Shown here: one piece after another, positions 9,590-18,233 of the stretch
Numbering within the stretch: position 1 is the stretch's first letter
Layout: each line of letters begins with the position of its first letter
From: an uncultured Dehalococcoidia bacterium
GTDB lineage: Bacteria > Chloroflexota > Dehalococcoidia > Lucifugimonadales > JADFKI01
Length of the DNA stretch: 64,000 nt
Direction: 5' to 3'
NCBI GenBank assembly: GCA_964595285.1
Contig: CAZQPS010000047.1
Location: 27,317 to 91,316 of the forward strand
Program-made: the position numbers and the translations under genes
The notes under the pieces: generated by a model
Database searches by the model: none
Told to the model about the DNA's origin: nothing
What the model saw: only the letters and a program-made list of their open reading frames with translations

Positions 9590-10702
9590 ATGAGCCACAC
9601 CCAGTTAGAATGTATCAATTGTGGGCATCTGCAACTCGATGATGCGATCAATTTATCTTGTCTACAATGTAGTGCTCCTCTGCAAGTTAAATACACTGAT
9701 AAAGAGTCTGGACATCCCACTGGAATAGAATCTCTAACTCCAGTCCATAACGAAACTGAGATAATAACGCTTGGCGAGGGGAACACCCCCGTCGTGCATC
9801 TATTAAAAGTGGGGGATGTAATCGGTCTAGACAATCTCTTCGCTAAATTAGAATTCATGAATCCTACGGGATCATTCAAGGACCGAGGCTCTTCTATGAT
9901 GTTGACCATGGCTAAGGAACATGGCGTTACCAATTTGGTTGAAGATTCCTCAGGTAACGCGGGGGCATCAGTGGCCGCCTACGCTGCAAAGGCAAACATC
10001 AAAGCGCACATTTTTGCACCTTCCAGTACTCCCCAACCCAAAATCGAACAGATAAAGATATACGGAGCAACGTGCCACTTAATAGAAGGCTCGAGAAATG
10101 AAACCACAAAAGCTGCCATGAAATTCGCAAAAACCAATCATATCCCATACCTTTCTCACAGCCTGAGTCCATATTTCATAGAAGGCAATACCAGTTTCTT
10201 AAGAGAACTCGTTGCTCAACTGCGTGGGAAGTTACCTGACCATATTGTTATACCAGTTGGCAACGGTGCGCTACTTCTAGGCATTATGAAAAGCTTGCAT
10301 GACGATTTGAATATACTACCTAAGCAGTTTCTACCTCGAATTCATTGTGTTCAGTCAGAAAATGTGAACCCAATAGTGAGGGCGTTCAAAAGTCTAACAA
10401 AAATAACTGACCAACTTTCAAAACCAACTATTGCCGGGGGCATAGCTGTGAGTGAGCCACCACGAATCCACCAAGTTCTATGTGCTCTCGAAAGCACAGG
10501 AGGGCAAGCGATATCTGTAAGTGAAGATTCGATAGTCAAATGGCATAAAATACTCCCATCCGTAGAAGGCCTAGACCTAGAGCCTACTTCAGCAGCGGCA
10601 GTCGCAGGAGTAGAATTATTAGTTCAGTCGGGATATATAAAACCAAAAGATCGAGTACTAATCCCTATTACAGGGTCAGGCCTGAAGCATGTAGAAATTT
10701 AA
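9590..10702 (+). CDS. threonine synthase-like PLP-dependent enzyme
   Basis: N-terminal Cys4 zinc ribbon (CINCG...CLQCSAPL), the PLP-lysine motif NPTGSFKDRG and DSSGNAG. This matches short-form ThrC/TrpB-fold enzymes. Confidence 0.8.
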   Translation: MSHTQLECINCGHLQLDDAINLSCLQCSAPLQVKYTDKESGHPTGIESLTPVHNETEIITLGEGNTPVVHLLKVGDVIGLDNLFAKLEFMNPTGSFKDRGSSMMLTMAKEHGVTNLVEDSSGNAGASVAAYAAKANIKAHIFAPSSTPQPKIEQIKIYGATCHLIEGSRNETTKAAMKFAKTNHIPYLSHSLSPYFIEGNTSFLRELVAQLRGKLPDHIVIPVGNGALLLGIMKSLHDDLNILPKQFLPRIHCVQSENVNPIVRAFKSLTKITDQLSKPTIAGGIAVSEPPRIHQVLCALESTGGQAISVSEDSIVKWHKILPSVEGLDLEPTSAAAVAGVELLVQSGYIKPKDRVLIPITGSGLKHVEI

Positions 10703-11880
10703 TTATAATATTCTATTGCTTTCCGAAAACCAGATATTGATCCCTCCAAAGTCCGATCATCCACACAATATGATATTCTGAAATGCCCTTCTAGTCCAAA
10801 TCCTCTACCTGGCACAACTAACACTTTATGCTCCTGAAGCTTGGCAACAAAAGACACGTCGTCCTGAATAGGAGATTTCGGGAACATATAAAATGCCCCT
10901 TGTGGTCTTACCAAAGAATACCCTAGTCCCGTAAGTGCTCCGTACAAAAAATCCCTTTTTCTCTCATAGGCGTCAACATCTATAGTTACCGCTTGAAGCC
11001 TACTTACTATCCTCTGCATAAGGGCAGGCGCGTTAACATAGCCCAACGTTCGGTTGCAAAACACTAATCCATCGACCAATTCTGATACCCCACTATCTTC
11101 AGGATTAGTGGCTATATAACCGATTCGCTCTCCTGGTAAAGCCAAATCCTTAGAATGCGAAGTAGCAACTATACTTCTCTCATGATAATCAAATATATGT
11201 GGATATTCCAAACCATCAAATAGTATCTTCCTATACGGTTCATCACTAATTAGATAAATTTCCGTACCATATTCCATTTCCTTCTCTCGGATTACAGATA
11301 CCATTTCAGTAATCACGTCATTTCCATACAACACCCCTGAAGGATTATTCGGAGAGTTTATAAGCACCCCGCGTGTTTGTGGAGTTATTGAATCTCTTAA
11401 ATCAACCATGTCTGGCAGATATTTCTCATCTGGCATAACTACTTTACAAACACCACCATGATTATCTGCATAAAAAATGTACTCCACAAAATACGGAGCG
11501 AAAATGATTATTTCATCTCCGGGATCCAACAAGGTTTTAAAAACAACGTTAAGGGCCCCACCTGCCCCACATGTCATCACGATGTTTTCAGAAGAGAACC
11601 CAATACCAGTCTCAGTTAATAATTGAGATGCAACAGCTTCCCTTGTTTCCGCGTATCCGGCATTGGGCATGTATCTATGCATTCCTGAAGGCGGATCCTC
11701 TGCAAAAAATCTCAGAGCCTGCATGAATTCCGCCGGCGGTTCCATAATAGGATTACCTAACGACAAATCAAAAATGTTTTCGTCTCCATATTCCTTCTTA
11801 AGAGTTATACCCTCCTCAAACATCCTACGGATCCATGAACCCTGTTTCATATATTCATTTATCTTTTTTGATACAGCCAT
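10699..11880 (-). CDS. class I/II pyridoxal-phosphate-dependent aminotransferase
   Basis: 393 aa with NPSG, SHSKDLALPGERIGY (the SxSK PLP-lysine motif) and FRISY at the C-terminus. Its 3' end overlaps the convergent ThrC-like gene by 4 nt. Confidence 0.88.
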   Translation of the reverse strand: MAVSKKINEYMKQGSWIRRMFEEGITLKKEYGDENIFDLSLGNPIMEPPAEFMQALRFFAEDPPSGMHRYMPNAGYAETREAVASQLLTETGIGFSSENIVMTCGAGGALNVVFKTLLDPGDEIIIFAPYFVEYIFYADNHGGVCKVVMPDEKYLPDMVDLRDSITPQTRGVLINSPNNPSGVLYGNDVITEMVSVIREKEMEYGTEIYLISDEPYRKILFDGLEYPHIFDYHERSIVATSHSKDLALPGERIGYIATNPEDSGVSELVDGLVFCNRTLGYVNAPALMQRIVSRLQAVTIDVDAYERKRDFLYGALTGLGYSLVRPQGAFYMFPKSPIQDDVSFVAKLQEHKVLVVPGRGFGLEGHFRISYCVDDRTLEGSISGFRKAIEYYN

Positions 11881-11979
11881 CTAACACATTTCCATTCATA
11901 ACATTTAGCTAGCAAACCCTACTATATCTTCCGCTTTGCTAAAAGTCATCAGTTCGACAGTTCGCAAAAGGCAATTTTA

Positions 11980-12009
11980 TTGACATATAACAGATTATTT
12001 AGCTACGCT
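11980..12009 (+). promoter_or_regulatory. candidate sigma70-type promoter for tRNA-Met
   Basis: TTGACA (11980..11985), an 18-nt spacer, then TACGCT (12004..12009). This ends about 10 nt before the mature tRNA 5' end. Confidence 0.45.
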
Positions 12010-12019
12010 AATGCACTGG

Positions 12020-12094
<75 letters not shown>

Positions 12095-12214
12095 TGAACC
12101 GCTATTGTCAGACTGAGACGTTGATCCGTAATTACTAACACCACTCACCAACATGCGTTCTGATTTCCGATGAATGATTACGGATTGTCACGTGGGAAAC
12201 GTCGTACACCCAAT

Positions 12215-12871
12215 TCAGAAGTCATCGGTCGTATTTCTTTCAGACTGATCTGTCTTCTCAATCCTGTCCGGACAATCACTTTTAGTGATGCTACAAAATC
12301 CGCATTCTAATTTACTAGGTACTCTGCTGGGAGCTGTCGTGGAGGCCAATTTGGTAATCATACTGCCTAGGTTATCTATAAAGTTAGCATCTACCGAGGT
12401 CGCTGGTATTCTTTTTTCATAATCTGAATAAACAATGACTCCATCAAAATTAATCCCTTGAAATTGGGGTAACGCTCTGGGAATGGCATACATATATATC
12501 ATTACCTGCACGTCGTGGGCCGGACTGGGTTGTCCCGTTTTCACATCTAGTATGGTCCCAGTTCCATCTGAGATAGTAATCAAATCAGGCCGCCCACCCA
12601 AAATGGCTGTTCTGCCTTCAAGCGTGAATGCATTTTGCTTTTCTAGGAATAATGAAGCCCCTCCCTTATCCAGACGCTTAATTTGTTTCTCAAGTAGATT
12701 AGTATGGTTTATATGCCATTTTGCACTATCAAAGTCAGATGGGACTTGATTATAACTATTTGCTAAATGATTTGCCTTGAACCAAACTGCCCACTGGCAA
12801 GAAGCTTCTCCAACTAGCAATTTAGTAAGCCAGGTTACCCAAAAATAGGCTTTCTCACGCCCATCAGCCAT
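12215..12871 (-). CDS. Cas4-like PD-(D/E)XK nuclease with four-Cys (4Fe-4S-type) cluster
   Basis: 218 aa with GRPDLI, ILDVKTG (D..D.K nuclease core) and QVMIY (QxxxY). One N-terminal Cys (SCQW) plus the C-terminal CGFCSITKSDC gives the Cas4/AddB-type Cys pattern. Confidence 0.7.
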   Translation of the reverse strand: MADGREKAYFWVTWLTKLLVGEASCQWAVWFKANHLANSYNQVPSDFDSAKWHINHTNLLEKQIKRLDKGGASLFLEKQNAFTLEGRTAILGGRPDLITISDGTGTILDVKTGQPSPAHDVQVMIYMYAIPRALPQFQGINFDGVIVYSDYEKRIPATSVDANFIDNLGSMITKLASTTAPSRVPSKLECGFCSITKSDCPDRIEKTDQSERNTTDDF

Positions 12872-13046
12872 AATCCACTCCTTGTCTCAGTTTGCTATAG
12901 TATTCACTGCGACTTTCTATTTGATAAACCCCAGTCGGATACTCGCTGTATCGTGTAGTTTCTCTACTTGTCAATAAAGAAGCTACCACCATAAGAAAGG
13001 ACCCGTCAAAATTCGAATTTTACTGCTACTTTCCATTCTTACAGTA

Positions 13047-13556
13047 TTGCTAACGCAACACCAAGTAGTCCACGCCCAGCGTAGCGATGAATCATTAAGA
13101 ATTCATTCGGAAATAATTGATGATTACGAAGTCATAGTTGGGGTACGCCCTCACAAACCAACCATTGGGGTGGTATATATTTCCGTATCGCCCATTTATA
13201 CCCGCGACCAGACACCCATTAACGATGCTAAGGTTATGATAGTGGCTCACAAGCCTGACGGGACTCCCACCTATCAATCTCCTGCGATCCAAAACCCCGC
13301 TAAACCTCAGTTTTACGTGGGTAATATAAATTTTCGCAGTGCAGGCATCTGGCATTTGCAAATAGATATAGAAACTCCTGAGGGCTCTTCTCTTTCTACA
13401 ACAACGCCTCTAAATATTCAAGAAATGGGATATAACAGTGGTCCAGCAGGTACCATTCTTCTTCTAATAATAGTGGCTTCGATTTGCTTGGTCACAACTT
13501 ATCTATGGATATCTTCCAAGAAAAACAGGAAAGCGGCTAAGGAGCATCGCTCATAG
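13047..13556 (+). CDS. hypothetical membrane-anchored protein (possibly FixH/YtkA-like Ig-fold); start uncertain
   Basis: 169-aa ORF with a C-terminal TM segment (GTILLLIIVASICLVTTYLWI) followed by a basic tail. In-frame upstream codons encode a signal-peptide h-region but no canonical start codon (see findings). Confidence 0.55.
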   Translation: MLTQHQVVHAQRSDESLRIHSEIIDDYEVIVGVRPHKPTIGVVYISVSPIYTRDQTPINDAKVMIVAHKPDGTPTYQSPAIQNPAKPQFYVGNINFRSAGIWHLQIDIETPEGSSLSTTTPLNIQEMGYNSGPAGTILLLIIVASICLVTTYLWISSKKNRKAAKEHRS

Positions 13557-13926
13557 ATTCTAAAATGAGCCCGTCCTTGCTTATGGAATAGGTCACATCA
13601 ACAGGGGTTCCCAAAAGCATATGTTGTCTAATATGTGACACTCTGAACTTGGCATCTAAGGTGCGGATGTTTGAGAAAACCCAAGCTCGTCCATCACCAT
13701 CCAAAATCTCTAGTGATTCAGGCTCTAGAAAGGAACCCGAACTTACTGACAATATTTTGCCAACCATGGTGTATATCTCTATATCGTCTTCGACAGTCAT
13801 GACTGTCGCATCACGCTGCACAGAACTACATGAAGAAAAAACCAGAAAGGCTAGAACTGCCATCGTTATGATTATAATCCTAAATTTTCTTTTCTCACAC
13901 ACTTGCAAAATTCCAGGAAATTTCAA
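13537..13926 (-). CDS. hypothetical lipoprotein
   Basis: 129 aa. The N-terminus has a basic n-region (EKRKFR), a hydrophobic core and the FSSC lipobox-like motif. Confidence 0.55.
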   Translation of the reverse strand: MKFPGILQVCEKRKFRIIIITMAVLAFLVFSSCSSVQRDATVMTVEDDIEIYTMVGKILSVSSGSFLEPESLEILDGDGRAWVFSNIRTLDAKFRVSHIRQHMLLGTPVDVTYSISKDGLILESMSDAP

Positions 13927-13999
13927 AAACGGGGACTAAATACAAATTGACTGCCAGAACCCAGTATAGGTACCTTCTTTAACAACGGGGAGGTGGAAG

Positions 14000-16111
14000 A
14001 TGCTCAAAACTAAGTCCTTCGCATTTTTACTTGCAATCTTCGCTTTATTTACGCTGGGTAGTCAAGTTGTCCATTCTGATAGTTATAATCCTGAAAAATT
14101 GTTCGTTGTTTTGATTGATGAACATGCTGTGACAGAGTCTCACAACAACATCGATTTGACGAAATCATTTGTAGGACTGTTGGAAGCACTCAAAGACGGA
14201 CAAAAAATCGCATTTATTAATGCAACCGACGGGATAGTCCATGGACCGGCAGTTGCAGGTTCACCGGAATTTACAACCATCAAAAACAATATGGTTGAAA
14301 ATTTAAGTCCTTCTCAAAATGGACGTGAATCTGACCTTGTTACTTCACTAGTACCAGCTTATGAACTTTTTGATCTAAAACGGGCGGCAAAAGGCTCGAT
14401 AGTTTATGTAGTTAGCGGTGGTGAATCAGACTCGGCTCTTGGAGAGGCTTCTTCCAGACTATCTACCCGACTGGATAAATTCAAAGAGAATCAGTGGTCC
14501 ATAATTGGCATTTCAGTCCCGGGTTCCTCTCCTTACACATCCCAGTTTTTTGAGATGACGTCTGAAGCCATGGGGGAACAAATATATCCTTTATCTGTTC
14601 CGGAAGGTTTCACAATATTTGCGGATGGACTGCTTATGAAAGATGCCATAGGAACATTCACGCAACTTGGAGAAGCTTCTCTGACAAGCAATGAAGTTCT
14701 AACATCTACACTTGATATAGCTCCTGGCACTACACAAACGACAGTGATGTTTTTGAAGAATGAACCTAACGGTTCCCTTAGGCTACGTAACCCAAGTGGT
14801 TTTGAAGCGTCTGAGGGAGACAGGGTATTATCATCAGTAATTGAAACGCCATACATAGTTATATGGAGATTAGTAGAGCCTACTCCTGGGCAATGGACTG
14901 TCGACATGAGGGCAATTGAAGGGCCTATCTCATCTTGGTATTTTTCAGCAAACAAATTTAGTTTGAATCTTATGACTTCTACAAATGTACCATTTGATCA
15001 AGAAATCCCACTAGTAGTTATGGTATCCGAAGGGACTGAAAAGGTCTCTCTGGCAAACGTAGAAATACGAGCAAGAATTACTGACGAAAATGGGTCAGGA
15101 TTAATTCACACACTCAACGACAGAGGTGAACTTGGAGATGCCCTACCGAATGACGGGTATTTTTCCACAACTATAGCTCCTCTAGGAAAAGAATCTGAAT
15201 TTAGTTTGGACCTAGAACTACACTGGCCTGAATATAATCATTACATAACTAGCAACGAAATTATTGTCACCCAGGCCTTCCCTAGTATAGATGTTCAATA
15301 CATTCATAGTGGGTCTCTTAAACCAGGAGAAAGAACTTTAATCGCAACCGGGGAGGTGAATGTAAAGGGTCAACCATATGCTGTTCCAACAACAGATTTC
15401 CAAGTAGAAGTGAATAGCAATTATGACAATGAGGGCGTTCTGGAAATTTATCCACAGAGACTAGTAAATGAAGGGCACGCCTGGCAATTCGATATTTTTT
15501 ATACAGCGAAGCAAGAAGACCTTTACAGCTTTTTATTCAGACTAGACACAAATTATGGTGGCGAGCAATATAGTTTTTCAACCGACACATCTGTTATTTC
15601 ATCTATGGTGCCAGTTGTTTTACCAGTGGCTTCTTCTGAAACAGAGCCCACTCCTCCTACCCCTCTCACTGTAACGCCAAATTCGGATACCAGCCTATTG
15701 GAATTAATAGGTATTCCGACCGTTATAATAATCGGGCTGGTTCTGTATATCACTTTGTTATTAAACAGGCCCAAGCCTTACGGATATCTATATAGCGATA
15801 GGGGAGATATCATTGCGGACTTCTCAAGCCTTAAGCGCAAAACATTAGCTGCATTCTTCAACAAGAACTCCGTGCGGGGAAGCGAACTGGGCGTACAGGA
15901 GCTATCAGGAGTCACCTTCAAATTCAACAAACTGGGAGTGGACTTAAAGAGTTCACACACAGAACCCAGTGTTCGCCTCAATAATCGCCCCCTGATCGAA
16001 GGCGAACGCGCCGCTTTGTTTGATCGTTCTTGGATCGGAACACGAGGTAAGCTTTTCAGCTATCTCACAACTCCTTCATTCCACGGGGAACCAGGAATAG
16101 GTGACGATTAA
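14000..16111 (+). CDS. large secreted/membrane protein: signal peptide, degenerate vWA-like domain, beta-rich region, one TM, FHA-like cytoplasmic tail
   Basis: GGAGGTGGAAG RBS before the ATG. Signal peptide MLKTKSFAFLLAIFALFTLGSQVVHS. LFVVLIDEH...VYVVSGGESD resembles vWA strand motifs. TM segment IPTVIIIGLVLYITLLL. The tail SVRGSEL...SSHTEPSVRLNNRPL...LFDRSWIGTRGKLFSY resembles an FHA domain. Confidence 0.65.
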   Translation: MLKTKSFAFLLAIFALFTLGSQVVHSDSYNPEKLFVVLIDEHAVTESHNNIDLTKSFVGLLEALKDGQKIAFINATDGIVHGPAVAGSPEFTTIKNNMVENLSPSQNGRESDLVTSLVPAYELFDLKRAAKGSIVYVVSGGESDSALGEASSRLSTRLDKFKENQWSIIGISVPGSSPYTSQFFEMTSEAMGEQIYPLSVPEGFTIFADGLLMKDAIGTFTQLGEASLTSNEVLTSTLDIAPGTTQTTVMFLKNEPNGSLRLRNPSGFEASEGDRVLSSVIETPYIVIWRLVEPTPGQWTVDMRAIEGPISSWYFSANKFSLNLMTSTNVPFDQEIPLVVMVSEGTEKVSLANVEIRARITDENGSGLIHTLNDRGELGDALPNDGYFSTTIAPLGKESEFSLDLELHWPEYNHYITSNEIIVTQAFPSIDVQYIHSGSLKPGERTLIATGEVNVKGQPYAVPTTDFQVEVNSNYDNEGVLEIYPQRLVNEGHAWQFDIFYTAKQEDLYSFLFRLDTNYGGEQYSFSTDTSVISSMVPVVLPVASSETEPTPPTPLTVTPNSDTSLLELIGIPTVIIIGLVLYITLLLNRPKPYGYLYSDRGDIIADFSSLKRKTLAAFFNKNSVRGSELGVQELSGVTFKFNKLGVDLKSSHTEPSVRLNNRPLIEGERAALFDRSWIGTRGKLFSYLTTPSFHGEPGIGDD

Positions 16112-16135
16112 ACAATATTAACCTTAATGATTTAA

Positions 16136-16187
16136 CGCCCTTAACATGCGAAAAAAATTGAGATATCTACTCACTATGTTAAGGGCG
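16136..16187. terminator. long inverted repeat between convergent genes (possible bidirectional terminator)
   Basis: CGCCCTTAACAT (16136..16147) and its exact reverse complement ATGTTAAGGGCG (16176..16187), separated by a 28-nt A-rich loop. Confidence 0.35.
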
Positions 16188-16195
16188 ATTATTAC

Positions 16196-16714
16196 TTATT
16201 CTTCTTCTATTCGTACTGTCTTCATAGCATCGCCCGGACTGGACGAAGACATAGGATCTCGAACAGTTATTCCATTGACCACATCCATACCATCAACGAC
16301 TTTCCCAAAGACTGAATGATGATCATCCAAATGAGGAGTAGGCACAAAAGTTATAAAAAATTGACTGCCATTAGTCCCTCGTCCAGCCTGTACCCCCGCA
16401 TTTGCCATTGATAACATCCCTGGAGAGCTATGTCTCAAATTAGGATGGAATTCATCATCAAATCTGTATCCAGGGCCACCCGTACCTGTACCTGTAGGAT
16501 CCCCGCCTTGAGCCATAAACCCTGGTATCACTCTGTGAAATGTAACTCCATCATAATATCCTTGCTTCGCTAAGAAAACAAAATTATTTACCGTTACAGG
16601 TGCCTCCTTAGCGAATAATTCGACGACTATTTCACTTCCGTTTTCCATTTCAATAATCGCCTTATAATTCTTGTCTTCTGAAATTTCCATAGCTGGAGCA
16701 CTATCAAATTGCAT
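16196..16714 (-). CDS. ppiB: peptidylprolyl isomerase, cyclophilin type (cytoplasmic form)
   Basis: [43 protein letters not shown] and HSVFGKV are cyclophilin signatures. Confidence 0.92.
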   Translation of the reverse strand: MQFDSAPAMEISEDKNYKAIIEMENGSEIVVELFAKEAPVTVNNFVFLAKQGYYDGVTFHRVIPGFMAQGGDPTGTGTGGPGYRFDDEFHPNLRHSSPGMLSMANAGVQAGRGTNGSQFFITFVPTPHLDDHHSVFGKVVDGMDVVNGITVRDPMSSSSPGDAMKTVRIEEE

Positions 16715-16797
16715 ACTTCTCCCTCAAATAAAATTATTCTTTACGTTCATGTTACGCGTACTAACCTAGTGACAGACACCAACCCAAAAGGTCCATT

Positions 16798-17484
16798 TTA
16801 TCGTTCAATAATGTTTATTGTCCTAATAATATCGCCTTTCCTCTTAGCCGTATTAGGATCTCTGATTGAAATACCGTTTACCACATCCATGCCTTCTATC
16901 ACCCTGCCGAAGACGGCATGACACGAAGTTCCTCTAATATTGCAGTCCTTCCCATGTCCATCAAGAAGTGGTGTAGTCACAAAAGTTATGAAAAACTGAC
17001 TTCCGTTGGTACCCAATCCATTTCGATTACCAGCATTAGCCATTGACACCGTCCCCGGCGAATCATGTTTTAAATCCGGATGAATCTCGTTATCAAATTC
17101 ATAACCTGGGCCGCCCATACCTGTGCCTGAAGGATCTCCTCCTTGTGCCATAAACCCTGGTATCACCCTATGAAATGTCACACCATCATAATATCCTTGC
17201 TTCGCCAAGAAAACAAAATTATTTACCGTTACAGGAGCCTCTTTAGCGAATAATTCAATAGTAAAGGAGAGTCCTTTTTCCAATTCGAAACTCGCCTGAT
17301 ACTTTTTATTTTCGTCGATCATCATTTCTGGAGGATTGTTCCACGTTAGAGGTTTCTCTTCCGACTCGGTAACACGAGAACCATCTACTTGAGATCCATT
17401 CTCAAAGGAATTGCACCCGGAAAACAGAAGCCCCACTACAACGCACAATAACCCTGTAACTATACATTTTTTCACATACCTCAT
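16798..17484 (-). CDS. peptidylprolyl isomerase, cyclophilin type, lipoprotein form
   Basis: Same cyclophilin signatures as its neighbour. I moved the start to the internal ATG, giving [24 protein letters not shown] (lipobox LFSGC). The track start at 17610 would add 42 non-hydrophobic residues. Confidence 0.88.
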   Translation of the reverse strand: MRYVKKCIVTGLLCVVVGLLFSGCNSFENGSQVDGSRVTESEEKPLTWNNPPEMMIDENKKYQASFELEKGLSFTIELFAKEAPVTVNNFVFLAKQGYYDGVTFHRVIPGFMAQGGDPSGTGMGGPGYEFDNEIHPDLKHDSPGTVSMANAGNRNGLGTNGSQFFITFVTTPLLDGHGKDCNIRGTSCHAVFGRVIEGMDVVNGISIRDPNTAKRKGDIIRTINIIER

Positions 17485-17628
17485 TTTAACTGTACCAATC
17501 CCCCTTCCAGTTTCAAGCCATCGTCGGATATATGTTAAAAGAAACCGTCGTAATTTTACAGGTCTCCGCTTGAATTGGCTAACTAGCAAAACCCGAGGTG
17601 TATGCTCCAATCAAGGCATCAGCTAAAG

Positions 17629-18063
17629 TCAGTTAGACATAAATTCTTTTAAGGCTTTTAGGCCATATTTATAACCTTCGATACCCATTCCCGCAATCAC
17701 ACCTCTGCAGACGGGAGCTATGTCGGATATCCTTCCTCTTCTTGCCGGATTGGACATGTGTATCTCTACAACATCAACGCCTGCCGTTTTCAGGGCTTTC
17801 TCCAGTGTAGGGTTCCCAACGGTAAATCCTGCAGGATTTATCAAAATCCCTTTAATCGCTTTAACTGAACACATCTCATTTACCTTTGAGATCACTTCGG
17901 ACACATCATTGGAATGGAAAATATCCACTTCAACATTCAAGTCAGACGCATACTTAGTTATTTTCTCATCATATTCAGGCAAAGTCATTGTGCCGAATAT
18001 ATCGGTGTCTGTCTTACCGCGCATTTCCATACCTTTACCATGGAGCACTAGTATCTTAGTCAA
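17629..18063 (-). CDS. type II 3-dehydroquinate dehydratase-like protein (divergent AroQ family)
   Basis: KILVLHGKG..., GILINPAGFT and VEIHMSNPARRG parallel the AroQ blocks (ILvlNGPNLN, iNpga.tHtS, EvHlSN). I placed the start at TTG 18063, which has a GAGGAG RBS 7 nt upstream. ATG 18108 is the alternative. Canonical catalytic positions are substituted (see findings). Confidence 0.65.
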   Translation of the reverse strand: MTKILVLHGKGMEMRGKTDTDIFGTMTLPEYDEKITKYASDLNVEVDIFHSNDVSEVISKVNEMCSVKAIKGILINPAGFTVGNPTLEKALKTAGVDVVEIHMSNPARRGRISDIAPVCRGVIAGMGIEGYKYGLKALKEFMSN

Positions 18064-18125
18064 CTCACAACTCCTCTCATTAATTACAGGCCTAAATTCA
18101 AATTCCAAAACAATTAGACTGCCAG

Positions 18126-18161
18126 CTTAATGCCCTTAATGCCCTTAATGCCCTTAATGCC
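18126..18161. repeat. perfect 9-bp tandem repeat, 4 copies (CTTAATGCC)
   Basis: CTTAATGCC occurs at 18126, 18135, 18144 and 18153. It is intergenic, between the aroQ-like start and the hyi-like stop. Confidence 0.95.
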
Positions 18162-18233
18162 GACTATATAAATCGTCCAGTTTTATTGACATTGGGCCTA
18201 TTAGTGGGGAAAAACAAATCATCCGGAACATTG

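Noticed and set aside
12095-16111. A tRNA-Met-linked integrated genomic island.
   Set aside because: I found no integrase, no phage or transfer genes, and no direct repeat of the tRNA 3' end by eye. Only the orphan nuclease and the poorly characterised genes are suggestive, so I kept it as a question and did not call a mobile element.
18126-18161. A CRISPR array.
   Set aside because: The repeats are 9 bp and directly abutting, with no spacers. It is a microsatellite. No CRISPR-like repeat-spacer structure was seen anywhere in the window.
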